A stretch of DNA of 51,427 nt, the filler included, from Catajapyx aquilonaris (Eukaryota): the NCBI GenBank assembly GCA_000934665.2. It is 3 parts of 3 records of this genome, joined end to end, with 100 filler letters (N's around TTAATTAATTAA, not from the genome) between each part and the next. Parts side by side here need not be neighbours in the genome. Positions count along the whole stretch, not along the records: positions 1 to 17,073 come from JYFJ02007036.1; 2 more parts are not named here. The stretch is one strand, 5' to 3'. A model generated the notes under the pieces. The model saw only the letters and a list, made by a program, of their open reading frames with translations, was not told the DNA's origin and did no database searches. The translations under genes and the position numbers were made by a program. Below, in pieces: positions 1 through 12,728 of the stretch. How positions within the stretch are numbered: position 1 is the first letter of the stretch; each line of letters begins with the position of its first letter.

Positions 1-711
1 GGCCGCAGTGGCGCTTTCCCATGTTAAACTCGCATAGACGGTGGCGCCACTGCGGAATTTTTCCATGAGGCTCCGTAATAAGCCTTGGGATACTACTGCA
101 GTACAACACAGCTGTAACCAAGTGGAAGTACTCCCTGGTGCAAGTCACCAGGGACCATCAAATCATTTATTGAATCATAAATATCACAACTTCTCCCCAG
201 TTTCTACACCCATCTACTTCCTTGCATTGCACTGTGTTGGTTTACACACATTTTCAGTATAAGGTGCAGCACAACTTCTCCTTTTATTGTACCTCATGAA
301 AATGAAGGCACACATTGCAAAACTAAGGCACTTTATTGAAGATTTTCATACAAAAATACAAGGCAACCACGTGATCAATGCAAGCACCAATATGTCCCCC
401 ATTTCTTATACTGTGATTAACTTTAAAAAGAAATAATAACCCAGCAATACACAAAATGGCTGCAACAAGTTATCGTAATTTATGAAATGAATCACAATGT
501 ACATATATGCGAAAGGGAAGTAAGTTCCATAATCGTTAAATTATTGTTAACATGACAAAATATGCATGTCTGTTAACACTGTTAGGATAACATGAATGTG
601 CACCACAACTAAATACATAAATACAAGTTGAATTTATTATATAAATAAATAATGGCTCATGGATGTTCATGGTAGCAGCATATCATGCTGCATATTCTTA
701 CTCCTGACCAA

Positions 712-2785
712 TTACCTCCTGCCAATGGCCTTAGCAATCCCCACAATTCCTCCAACTGCAACAGCTAGACCAATAGCTCCTACGGCACCACCCGCCAAAG
801 CCATTCCCAAAAATCCCTCTGAAATAAGAAACAATAAAGTTAGGTAACAAAGCATTATAACATATTACAGTCATATTAACACACTATAACATACCCCTAT
901 GCATCCGATGCTTGATCTCAGCTTCCATCTCTGTAGCCTGCATGTTTCCTGGTTGTATCAATAACAGAGCTCTTATGAATTTAAGGGCTGAAGCATATTC
1001 CTGAAAAAATAAGAATGATGTAATGGCAACACTAACAGAAATCTAGCTTAGCACAAAACAAGATAAAGCACTGATGTAATAAATTGTTATCCTGCATTCG
1101 AATGACTTTATACCAAAAGGTTCAAAATGTTCTCATAAACCTCATTATATGAGTGTTTTTTGGAAGCTGCAGGAAGAGCATAACAAATTAAGACCCATAC
1201 ACACAGGCGGTCGATGGTTTTGGTCTTTGGTAGCGTTGACGCTGCGGACCAATCAACAAGTGCTGCCTGTGTGTATGGGCCTTGATGGTAGAGGTTGAAA
1301 CTGAGTCCATTGCACAAGAGCATAAAACCACTATTCATTACTCCTAGGTCAGTGGTTCTCAAAGTGCAGATCACCAGTGGGCCATGACAGCCTCCATGTA
1401 AGTCACAAACATGTTAAAAATTCAAGGCTGTAATAGAAATTTACAGGCACATGACAAGTTTACTCACACAGACATGTGACCAGAACAGTCTGTGGGACCT
1501 TTGCACTCCCAACTGGGCTGCCATCAAAATATTTGGAGAATCACTGCTCCAGGCGAGTGGTTGGAAACCCATTATGATTCATGAGGTCTTTGAACCAAGT
1601 GATTGTGATCTTTACATCTTTTTGACAAAAGATTGTGCAGGGAAGAGGAAAGTTCAATACCGATAAAATAATAGGAAGTTAAACAGTGATAGCTATGTTA
1701 TCAGCAGACCAAGATTTAAAAGATATAAAAATGCAACTTTGGGAGAGATGTTAATTACAATGAATATTATTATTTGAGGAAAGTAGTGTTCGTCCAGATC
1801 TACATTTCAATTTTTAAATAATGCACTACCAAAAATGTAAATCTAAGTTCACTTCTGTACTAACGAAATGACCTTATCATTGGAAAATGTTTTAACTAAT
1901 CTATTCACCCTAATTCATCTGCATTCAATGCAACAAAATGAGAACAATATCACACTATGAAAAAAAAAAAAACTAATTTGGCACCAATTCCTACATTGGC
2001 AAAAAAGTGATGTCATGTGCTTTGGGGGGGAAAGGGAGGAGCCACAGCCACAGCACATGAACAATGCAAATGGAGATAAAACATGCCTATTTCTCTGCAT
2101 AAACAAAAGAAATGGGAGGAGACAGGAAGTGGGAGGTGTAAGCAGAATGCAAATATAGAATGAATGTTCATCATTCCAACGTACCTATAGCCTGTAACAT
2201 AGTGTGTATCTTTAACGGAATGTGTGTACTGGCAATTAGATTTCGTCAACCTTTACAAAGTACTGGAACTGCCTTTGAAAGCGACTCTTAACGCACTTAC
2301 TTTGAGTTTCGCATTTCCAACAGCCAGGTAGAAAAGGTAATCTCTCTTTGCGTCCATGTCTCCTGAGTTCTCGTACAAGCCCTGAAGCAAGATCAGCCCT
2401 TTCCGTATGTCCGTCGCATACCTGCTCCGTACCAAGCACCAGGCGTAGGAGAACTCCGAGTCTGCCGTCACCGTCCCATTCTTCAGCTCTTCATGATACT
2501 TCATCTCATGAGTCTGCAACATTCAACATGTATCTCAACAATTTGTAGAAAGCACACGGAACGTGCAGAGCAATGACCTGTGCAAAATTACGTGTTATTA
2601 CACGTCATATGATGTAACCGGGCGTACCTGCCCATTTTTTGATGTCCACACGCTACTTAAACCTTTAAGACGGCTGTGGTGTGCATCACTGCATCGTGCT
2701 ACCCCGTTTGGACCCCGACACTCACCTGCAAATACTCCGGAGAAATAATCTCGTTCAACACTTCGGCCATGATTTCCTCGATCAT
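712..2785 (-). CDS. Fis1: Mitochondrial fission 1 protein, paralogue A; exons 2726-2785 (alternative ATG at 2770), 2301-2513, 895-1000, 712-818; about 161 aa
   Basis: Spliced translation MIEEIMAEVLNEIISPEYLQ/THEMKYHEELKNGTVTADSEFSYAWCLVRSRYATDIRKGLILL...RDYLFYLAVGNAKLK/EYASALKFIRALLLIQPGNMQA.../EGFLGMALAGGAVGAIGLAVAVGGIVGIAKAIGRR*. All introns are GT-AG with consistent phases. Fis1 TPR motifs and a C-terminal tail anchor are present. Confidence 0.95.
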
Positions 2786-3630
2786 CTGACTGTGACGCAA
2801 CGTGCCAAACACGAAGCATAGCTGTTTCCATGGCTTATATCGTGAGGGATACGGGCATCCGCCACTTTTCAACGAAAAATCGGCTAAAATTATCCACAAA
2901 TCAACAAAAGGTTCAATATGATGCGATGATATGATGGCCACAAGTTTTTTAATCAGAATAAATGCCACAATGGCCCTTGACAGTTCACACACAAAAAGAA
3001 CTCCTGCCAAAAAGCTGCTTATTATAACCAAATATGCTAGTATCCCGCAATGTAGCGCGTCATTTAGATTGCGTCAATGCACGGATATAATTTGAGTCGT
3101 AAATAATTTTTAAAAAAGTGTTTGCAACACCAGGAAAAACACTGGTTGAACTTCGTCTAGTAACAGGAAGGTGGAATTTTTCGCGCGGTGTGCCCAATTT
3201 TTGAGATGGCGGCGGTGTCATAAATATAGCACAAATATTTATGTGGAGTGCAACTAGTTTACTGTGAAAACCAAAACCCGAAGGCAACGTGTCGAAGGAT
3301 GGGATGGCACCTGGTCTGAAGGGAAACGAGGTGTTTCAAGCAAGGTAGGACTTTCACTCCATCATGTTAAAGACTGGTATACGTACAGTACGTCTGCCTG
3401 TGTGCAGACCACTTTTCAACTAAATTATGGGTAGTGCTAGCTACTTTATGCTGGCTGGCCGTTACCCCTGAGGTATACCAGAACCCGGGTCGACCTTGTT
3501 TTATGCTGTAATGCCACATATTGCAATACTTGGTTTCCACTTGCAAATATCAGTTCTCAGATGTAGATACAGAGAGGTCACTTCCCATGGATATGAGAAT
3601 CAGGCGTGACCGTGAGTCTTTGATTCCTGC

Positions 3631-3825
3631 AGCCCGCTCCACACTGGCTGAGTTTCTCCGATGGGGATTTTTCCGTACGAGAAACTGAGCCTGTGTGGAG
3701 CGCATCTCCGATCCAGTTTGTGACGTCTCCATGCGGATTTTAAATTTCATCTGATTTTCTATTTTCTCCAACGGAGTCGTGCGGGATTTTTCCGTACAAG
3801 AAAATCAGCCAGTGTGGAGCGGGCT
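3631..3825. mobile_element. Short MITE with 21-bp terminal inverted repeats (PIF/Harbinger-like ends)
   Basis: AGCCCGCTCCACACTGGCTGA at 3631 and its exact reverse complement TCAGCCAGTGTGGAGCGGGCT ending at 3825; internal repeat of GGATTTTTCCGTAC. Confidence 0.7.
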
Positions 3826-4170
3826 TTACAGTATGTACTAGATACTGGTTGCCAAGATTGGGCAAAAGTGGTTATTCTGGTATGAGTGTCCATAGGTCCA
3901 AGGGAATGCTGCACAACAGGAGAAGTGGTTTGGAAATGTAGAAAACGCAGGCAAAATTTTGACAACACTCCCAGGCTGCGAAGGAGTTTCCATGACAGTC
4001 AGGTATTAACCATGGAACCATGCCGTGGAATCTTTTAGGATCCCACGCCATATTTTAATTTTTATTAATTGTTATATAATACTTTTCAATGTATTGACTA
4101 TATGCAATAATTCTTTGAACAATGCCTGAAATGATCGCTAATTCAAAATAAACATGCACTTCCTGTTACA

Positions 4171-4701
4171 CAGGGTGGTCGGTAAATGGCACACAAGCTT
4201 CAGGTAGAAAGATTCCTTGTGAAAAACCAGTATATGGAAGTGAAGGTCCTATTGCTCTACGAGGCCTGGTTAGGGCTCATGAGGCCTCCAAAGTTTGGGC
4301 CAAATCATGACATCACATCCGCCAGCGAAATTCAAACACTACTGTATCGCTACTGTCTGCGGTAAGTTGCCAGTCGTTGCCTTGTTGACATCCCCCACAT
4401 TTTCGCCAAACAATGGAACCGTATAAACTCCCTGGGACATTGCCAGGCACACGACAACGACGGTATGGCAATGCCTGGCAACGACCCTGCAAGTTTATAC
4501 AGTTCCATTGTTGGGTGGAAATGTGGGATGTCAACATGGCAACCCCTGGCAACGCACCGCAGACAGTAGCTGTACAATAGTGTTTGAATTTCGCTGGCGG
4601 ATGTGACGTCATTATTAGGCCCTTTGGAGACCTCGTGAGCCCTAACCAGGCATTTTAGAGCAATAGGACCTTCACCTCCATATACTGGGTTTTCACAAGG
4701 A
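4171..4701. mobile_element. Foldback MITE (CAGGGTG-type left end, right end eroded)
   Basis: Imperfect inverted arms about 4214-4280 and 4622-4701 (TCCTTGTGAAAAACCAGTATATGGA...TCCATATACTGGGTTTTCACAAGGA). Confidence 0.65.
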
Positions 4702-5262
4702 TAGCCTACCTACTTTACAAAAATGGCAAACAGTTCATTGTAATTGTGATTTTAATGCATTTTAATTCCTTTGGGGTCCGAAAAGACCCCACGTCATGGT
4801 TCCAGGGTTAATAATATAGATGACGCCTCAGATGCAGAGCCTGGTTGTGAATCACCTTACATTGCTTCAATGGACATTCAATTTATTCTGATCTTAATTC
4901 AAATGCAGATGTTTTGCAATGAAAAATACAGTGGCAAGTACAATGACTAGATTTATTTGTGCCACACAATAAAAATAACTGACACTGGCTTGATATGTCC
5001 TATGCATCTAAGCTAGACCACCATTTTCATCAATGACTTGGTAATAGAAACGGGCAAGGTAGATTTAAAAAGTGCAATTCTCAAAGAATACTGACGACAC
5101 TGCAAGTGACTCCTCATAGAGTCAACAAACTTTCAAAAAATGAAAGAAATTAAAATAATACAAGTGTGGTCCCACTGATGCTCTAGACAAAGTAACCAAA
5201 ACATCAGCAACACTTTATACATATTAACAGCATGAGCAAGTTCCAAACTTGCTGTCGAAAGA

Positions 5263-6362
5263 CTAGCGCTTCTTAGTGAGGGCGATGGTGAGTCCTACGA
5301 TGCCTCCGATGGCCACAATGGCGCTTCCAGCAATAGCCATACCAATGAGGCCCTCTATATGGAGGAAGGAAAGGGTCAGTTTATGTAATTTGGACAGCTG
5401 CAAAGAGCTTAAATGCACCTCGCTCCATTCTCTTGCGGATGGCTTGCTCCAAGTCAGCCGCCTGTCTGTTTCCAGGCTCTATCTGGAGCAGGGCTCGGAT
5501 GTACTTCAAGGCCAAGGCGCTTTCCTATTATAAGAGAATCAAATTAATTAATTCACTTCTGCAGTTGAATCATGAATTGTAGCTTACATGCTGTGCCACA
5601 AAAAAACCCCTACAAAGTATTTTCCATGAAAGACACGATAAACGTTAAGAATATGCATTTGCCATTATTGGTCAAAGTATGTCATAAACTCCCAAATAAT
5701 CATTTATTGGTCAAATAAGGCCCTTATGGTTTCCAATACATATTTATGAAACTTTCTCAGTTATTTGAAAAATTACTTGGGGCAGAAAAGAAGAGCAAAT
5801 AAAATTAAATCTGAATACCAACTTTGAGTTTGGCATTTCCCACGGCAAGGTAGAAGAGATAATCCCTCCTGGCCTCCAGCTCTCCATTCTTGTAGAGGTT
5901 CTCAAGCAAGATGATACCCTTGCGGATGTCCGCTGGGTATCTGCTCCTCACCAGGCACCACGCATACTCAAATTCGGTCCGGGGGGTCACGCTCCCATCC
6001 TTCAGTTGCTCATGGTACGTCTGCTCAAACTTCTGTAAAACATGTCCATAAAAATGTCAATCACACACCTCGTAACAATCAGCACATTTTTTCATGGGCC
6101 TCCTCTCCACATATTTTTGTTGACCTTTCTAAGAATACTTATGCAACCACTAAAAATGGTATGGGTGTCATCAGGCAACTCCAATACTTTACATGTCGCC
6201 AAAGCACTAGGACGACTAACTTATTCCAAATGTGGGTCATCAGGACACGTGCCGCAATCTTTGCCCAACCTGGGCCAAAGCAGCTGGGTATCCCACCCAG
6301 AGAAGGGCCTGACTTGCCTTGAGATACTCCGGCGAGACGATTTCGTCCAGAACGTCGGCCAT
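5263..6362 (-). CDS. Fis1: Mitochondrial fission 1 protein, paralogue B; exons 6318-6362, 5823-6032, 5419-5524, 5263-5354; 150 aa
   Basis: MADVLDEIVSPEYLK/KFEQTYHEQLKDGSVTPRTEFEYAWCLVRSRYPADIRKGIILL...YLFYLAVGNAKLK/ESALALKYIRALLQIEPGNRQA.../EGLIGMAIAGSAIVAIGGIVGLTIALTKKR*. Intron positions match paralogue A; intron 1 has a GC donor (AAG|GCAAGT). Confidence 0.93.
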
Positions 6363-6633
6363 CTTTTCTCTTGTGACGTATTGACAGAGGGGCAGGGTTG
6401 CCAACAGAGGATGGTGCCAACCGATGGGAGACGGTACCGTATCAAAAATGCAAAAACGTGTTATGCAATGTCCGATTTTATTTTTAGCAACAAGTGTCGA
6501 CTATGTACAGTACAATACACCACATCAACGCAGTTGATAGTGAATGTACAGCATGTATTACAAAATGTGAATTGGTTGTGCGTATCGGTGATAATCATGA
6601 AGTGGCGTTGTTCGTGTGCTGCAGGTCCGGGGT

Positions 6634-8507
6634 TCAAACCTTGTAGTATCGCTGTACGGACTCGAAGAGCGCCACAGGAGGTGTCATACCAGCAAGGGCG
6701 TTCTCGATTTCCGTCCTGGCCACTGATTCCACCTTCCCGATGATTGGTCCCTTAAAGATGTTCACAACCCAGCCACCGATTATGTTAGCCAGCCAGTTCA
6801 AGATTCCAAGACCCTCGAACTTCACCGTGATGTGTCTGGAGAATGAATGAATATACGTACTGTACATGAACGAATCACAAGTTGGGACCAACTTACCCCA
6901 CGTCCTCAATATGAAAGTCTGTGAGTGTCATCGTCATGGATGTAAGGTTGGCTTGGACTTGAGCCACGATGTCTGGATGGGGAGCATTGGCAGACACGTC
7001 GAACTTGGGACCGATTGACATGAAGGTGGCCTCGCAGTGGTATCCTGCTTGGATGTAATTGACACCGATGCCTGCGTTGACAGTCAGTATGTCCTTATCT
7101 ATTACCAGGGAAGCATCTCCATCTCGGTGAACGGTGGACTGGCCAGAGACTGTTCCTTTGGTCAGACTGGCGTGTCCGTGCCAGGTGATGATGATCTTCT
7201 TGGAGAATCCCTTGTACTCATCAGGAAGAGGGTATGGGTCCAGGTGCTTGTCGGTGATGTACTTGCGAGCGTTCATCATCAGGTTGTCCACGAATTCGTT
7301 GGCATTGCCGGTCACTTCTTGCGTGTAAGTCCTGCACAGCGGAACACAACATTAAGTCGCAAGAACATGCCCCTAAATTTCTGTTCTGGGAACATGGCGG
7401 CTTGTTACACTTACTGGTAGAGGTAAAGTCCTTCCAGGTAGTTCAGATTCAGCTGCTGAGTCACTTGGGACGCCAGATGAGAATTGATGAAGTCTTGCAG
7501 TTTTTGTGTGAGTTCTGCTTGGTGCAACGCCCACTCTTGCTGCAGGATTTTCTTACCTGGTCAGTACAGTTAAAATTAGCTGCTGTTACTATTAGTGTAA
7601 GATGCGGAGGAAAATGTTCTTACCATCATCGTTGACGACCTCGTTGATGACGTGACTCAGATTGCCCATGATTCCGTTGAATGTGACTTTAAGGGTCTTC
7701 AGATCGAAATCAAGAGCGAGGTCTTTGATTCCCTTGAAGCTGAATCCGTCCATAACAAAACCACTGCTGACGTTGAGTTGGAATCCGTCAATTTCCACGA
7801 AGAAATCCCCATTTCCGTACAAGGGGATAACTTCCTCGACTAGGCCTTTCAAATCGTAGTGACCTTTGACTTTGAGGGAAGGAAGGGACATGGTCAGGTC
7901 CATGTGCTCCTGGATGAGGGAGGCCTTCACGGAGTCTACCTGATATCCCTTGGCGCCGTCCATTTCCACATTGTCCAGTTTCAAGGAGATACTGTTCAGA
8001 GAAGGAGATACATTTTAATGTGGAAAGAGTAGAATGTATGGGACTGTTTTCTGTACAAAATTATGCTCACTTCATAACTTCCTGTGCAACTCTGACTTGG
8101 TAGGTGGCGACCTCGAAGGGATCAGGGACCTTGGATCGGTATCCTTCGATCATCTGAAAGAGTGGGAAATGCATAGTCTATTGTGAGTACATCTGAACCA
8201 GTGCATTGAGCAATGGGGCAACAATGTGTAAGAATTGTCCCAGATTAAGACCATCAATCGTAATTATACCTTCTTGACCATGTCTCCCAAAAAGTCAGTC
8301 AGCTCCACAATTTTTTGGGCTTCAGCTTGTCTTTGGGCTGCAGATATGAAACGATCGTTAATTAACTAATTCGGTATGTATGTCACTTGCTGATTGAATC
8401 AGTAGTTTAGACTCACCTGTAAGATCAGACCTGATATGTGGAAAAGCAGTTGAACTCTGCAGGACCACACACAGCAGGGCCAAAATCATTCCCGCGAACA
8501 GCTTCAT
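6634..8507 (-). CDS. Secreted lipid-binding protein: N-terminal JHBP/takeout-like domain plus C-terminal group-7 mite allergen (Der p 7)-like domain; exons 8417-8507, 8270-8337, 8071-8153, 7624-7991, 7415-7556, 6897-7331, 6634-6835; about 462 aa
   Basis: Signal peptide MKLFAGMILALLCVVLQSSTA. JHBP-like segment LSLKVKGHYDLKG-type (LPSLKVKGHYDLKGLVEEVIPLYGNGDF). Allergen-7-like segment ANEFVDNLM...LDPYPLPD...GQSTVHRDGDA...VKFEGLGILNWL. Seven exons with GT-AG introns in consistent phase. Confidence 0.8.
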
Positions 8508-8589
8508 GATGGTGCTATGATGTCGAGTAGTGGCAAAGATCGATGTTGCTGGAGGTGGGATCTGAGGCTAAGGAGTGAATTTCTGGCCA

Positions 8590-8596
8590 TTATATA
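8590..8596 (-). promoter_or_regulatory. Probable TATA box of the JHBP/allergen-7 gene
   Basis: TATATAA on the minus strand about 85 nt upstream of the ATG at 8507. Confidence 0.45.
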
Positions 8597-9463
8597 CGGA
8601 TAGGTTGACGTCACAGTGGGCAGCGTTATTTTCCGAAGATAATCTTGACATGGTGATAATGATGATCCCTATTTTTTGAAATCGCAAGTGTTTGACTTTG
8701 AATTTCACTGCGAGGTTGCTCACCTTGTCTACACGACATGTCTATCGAGGAAGTTAAGGCGATCAGTAATCTTTATTCTCAACCTTTATTCTGAAGGTGT
8801 GTAAATTTTTCGTCATTTTCAAAAAAATGTGCAATTATCGTGCTTTATTCAAAAAGCTGTGCTGAGCTAGTCGTGATTAGTAGGCCTACTCGATAATATT
8901 TTTTTACAAGAATGGGAAGCATCAAATTTTAAAATTTATGAAAGTCATAAATTACTCCACATTTGACCTATGAACTCTCGTAATGCATAAAAATCCTAAG
9001 GTGAGTGACACTCTCGAGATATTTCAATGATAAGGCATGTCAGAGTCTTAAGCCTTTAAGCATATCAAATACTGAGCTTTGTTATCATTGAATGGCTTAT
9101 GATGTCAAAGTAATGAGCAGTGGCATTTTTTCCCAATCAATATGAAATGACGTTTTCAGAGTGGCGCGATTGCACCTAGAGTGCCCGAACTTGTGCGTAC
9201 TAATGACCTGACAGGCTGGTTTGTGTGATCGATGGTACAATCAGAAAATATTTGATCACTGTTATAAATGATTTATAATATCTTAATATGTTACCAACAG
9301 TAGGGATCAACCACCTGTTTTGGTTTGCAGTGTCGATCATGAAATTTGACTTGAGTAACATTTTCCAGAAATATTCGAACCAAAAGTAACGACGAATGTG
9401 AAAGTGAAACTGTAGGAGGAATCAAAAACCAATGAGTTGAAACTGACAATATTACAGAGTACA

Positions 9464-10388
9464 GTAGGGGAGACCGGGGCACAGTGGACCACTTCTGCAC
9501 ATTTGAATTTTTATATACCTACCTGTTATACCTACACACCCCATATTTTCAGGCATGGTGGAGATACTCCTTGGTAATATAAGTCACTACTATATTCACA
9601 GGCAGTGCCATCCTTTTGGCTTAAAAATGTTTTAGAAGCGACCCCCTGCAAATGGTCCACTGTACCCCGATAGGTGGGGCACAGTGGTCCGGAAGTGATT
9701 GGGACCCCTAATTCACACAAGAAGTTTATTATCATTGCCTAACATTTTTTTTACAGCTGTTCATTTTGAGGATGTGTCAACATCACAGTTTTGCCCCTTT
9801 TTAAAAAGCATTGCCTCACTTTTTTAAAAAACAGTTGTTCATTTGGAGGGTGGTTTGTCAAAATCACAGTTTTGGCCTTTTTCTACTTAATTCACATTTT
9901 TTAAATAATTGTCTCACATATTTTTTACAGCTGTTCATTTCGGGACACAGTGTGCATTTCGGGGCACAGTGGTACATGGACCACTGTGCCCCGCAAACGA
10001 CTGGACCACTGTGCCCCGGACAGCAGCAACTGACATAATGCTATGATTGTAACTTCGATTGCAAGTTAGGCTTACCAAACTTGCGGTAATTCATGGGCAA
10101 AGGGCGGCACTATTCCACAAGATTTTTATATCAGGCTCATGCCCAACATCTACGCCTGAAGTGGCATTTAAACTGTGGGTTAGTAATTTACTTCACTTAT
10201 CTTCAAATCGATTTCGCTGGATATCTATCGATCGATCGATCGCTAGCCGTTGCCAGCCATGTTGGCAGGAGCATGGCAGTGACTTGTTTCACGAGGTACC
10301 AGATGAAAAAAATTTGGCGGCTTTTTCGATTTTTAAAATGGAAAGGTCCACTGTGCCCCGCGGTCCACTGTGCCCCAGTCTCCCCTAC
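9464..10388. mobile_element. About 925-bp MITE (Tc1/mariner/pogo-type, TA-flanked)
   Basis: TIRs GTAGGGGAGACCGGGGCACAGTGGACC / GGTCCACTGTGCCCCAGTCTCCCCTAC; the GGGGCACAGTGG motif recurs internally in both orientations (about 9655-9690, 9960-10020, 10345-10380). Confidence 0.8.
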
Positions 10389-11521
10389 TTCCAAAAGCAC
10401 AAAAGGTGCTGAAGAAACAAGTAATGTCCGAGGGGTTGCATCAATCATTAGGGCACATAGTTATAGAAACCGATATAGAAACGGTACAAATAAAATAAAC
10501 TAAAACTATTTAATGCAGGCAACTATACAAACACTTGGCCCACTTGGCCTATATTATCAAATAACAGAGTTCTTGCCTGTTTATTAATTTTGCAGTATGA
10601 TTTAGACTGAGAGGGTTACTAAAATATGGATATTTATTTACGAATTATTTAAGTACAGTGGAATTGATTTACAATGTTTATGTACATTACATAATTATCA
10701 TATTGTTATTGCTATTTTATTGCTACACAACTTTGACACCTTGAAATATCGTTTTGTGATTGTGCTGAACTTATATAGTCAGTCAGCGTGAAACTGGTAC
10801 TTTATGTCAAATGATTTATTGCATTGTTTATGGCATCAGATAACACAGCTTAAAATATAATCACAAATAGAACGAGTCCACGCCCTACTTCTGTCAAAAC
10901 ACATCAGTCTTGGAATTTCTCGAGTGACCTTGTGAATCACACCGCTTCTTTCTTCTTTGTAATAACAAGAAACGAAACTTGAGCGAAAAAAAGTTGCCAC
11001 GTCTCACCTACCAGTAGAACACGACACTGCATTAGTTTCAGAAGTGATACGTAATACTATACTGTAGTTACAAAATTACACTCGACATGAACACTCGAAC
11101 ATGAGTGTATGATTCTATTATAAGTGCTTTTAAATAATGCTATCTGCAGCGTATTCCATGTGCATTTTATTTCTTGTTCTTATACCAAGTCTTATACGGC
11201 ATCACTTTTATGACAGGCGAGTTCCACCTGCGCTAAGAAGTAGTTAGCGGTATTGGGGAAATCAAGATGCGGGATTGTTAGAGACACACTTTTCGTAGGA
11301 CACCGAAAAAAAAACACACTTCCCAAGTACAGTTCATGTTTATTATCTTCAGTGACGTTTTTCTTAATTAAGCTGGATGGAGGAGAGAATATTATTGAAG
11401 AGCATATTAGTGTTTCAGAAGACGAATGTCCTGCATCTGGCCATTGTGGAAAATGTAAGAGAAGCAAAGTGAGTTTTTGTACTGAATCATGGCTCAATCA
11501 AATCACGGTATAAGTATAGGT

Positions 11522-11977
11522 CTACTGTAACGTGACAGAGAGATATTTGCAAGATGGTGTGACACATTTGTATTGGCCCACCGAGGACAGAACTTGGACA
11601 ACCTCTCTCCAGAAGCAACCGACTCCTTCCACCTGAATTGGTGGCCTCCACCTTTCTTCAGAAGCAACTGCACCATATCCAAGATGGCGAGACCTGTCTT
11701 CATCAGGGTGCTTGCCATGGCGACACGCAGCCTGGTGAAGTGAGGTCTCGACATCATTATTGGGAACCTCCAGCTTCTTCAAAAGCATCTTGGCCACATC
11801 CAAGTAGCCCATTCTTGGCTGCCAAGACTTGGCAGCCAAGAATGGGCTACTTGGATGTGGCCAAGATCAAATGTGTCTACGTTCCGGCCTGTATGATACA
11901 CTTAGTGTACAGGCCGGAACGTAGACACAGTTGATCTCGGCGTCATATCTGGCCTCGATATTTGCACCTTTCCTCAT
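11522..11977 (-). pseudogene. Decayed ankyrin-repeat gene fragment
   Basis: Frameshifted pieces KGANIEARY, LAAKNG/YLDVAKMLLKK, ETSLHQAA and LDMVQLLLKKG lie in different frames and are interrupted by hairpin duplications. Confidence 0.6.
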
Positions 11978-12210
11978 TTGTATTTTTCTCAAGGTATTTA
12001 TTTTGATTCATTTTCAAGGTCCGTAATAAAACTTCTTTTCTCTTAATTACCCATCTTAGTACAATTATTGGGAGCTTCCTGCGTTCATATTCTTTGCTTT
12101 ATTTAGTAGATCAAGCACACCCTCCTCTACTTTCAATACGTGACAGAGCAGATAGACGATTTTTGTTGCGACACTGCCGATACTGTTGTTCGTATACGAG
12201 TATATTGTAC

Positions 12211-12718
12211 ATTTCGGTAACGGCGTGCTATTGCATGCCTTGTCCCTAGGATATATCAACTACTTGTGTAGGCTATTATTTTCTCTGACAATAAGCCTCG
12301 CCAATGAGATAATGGGCATCACAAGTATCCTGGAAGGTATGCGTCCCTCCGCACGAGCTTGCTTTACTTGTAATTTCAAATGTATAACCGTTCACGAACG
12401 AGAGAGCCTTCATCCTACACCGGATTGTGCTCGTACTCATTATTGCATAGAATTGTTGTCACACATGACGTACTGTGCACATGTACAGTACAGTACAATC
12501 CAACATTGACAATATAACTACAAATGAAGTCAACCTATCCTATACTGCAGCCTACTGTACACACAGTTCCAGCCCTTATCATTTCCCTACTGCATCTTGC
12601 AGACAACAAGGGTGGCATCACTTGGACTAAAACAAATCAGGGTATAGCTGCAATCAAATATGGTATGCTAACGAGTGAGAGTGACATTTTCGTCAGTTTT
12701 GATCTATGGGGCCAAAGT
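12211..12718. repeat. About 500-bp direct repeat, copy 1 (copy 2 at 16278-16768)
   Basis: Shared from ATTTCGGTAACGGCGTGCTATTG through GATCTATGGGGCCAAAGT with scattered substitutions and indels. Confidence 0.9.
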
Positions 12719-12728
12719 TGCCCGGTCC

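Noticed and set aside
6042..6743. 233-aa plus-strand ORF
   Set aside because: Antisense to Fis1 exon 1 and the last allergen-7 exon; no recognisable motif
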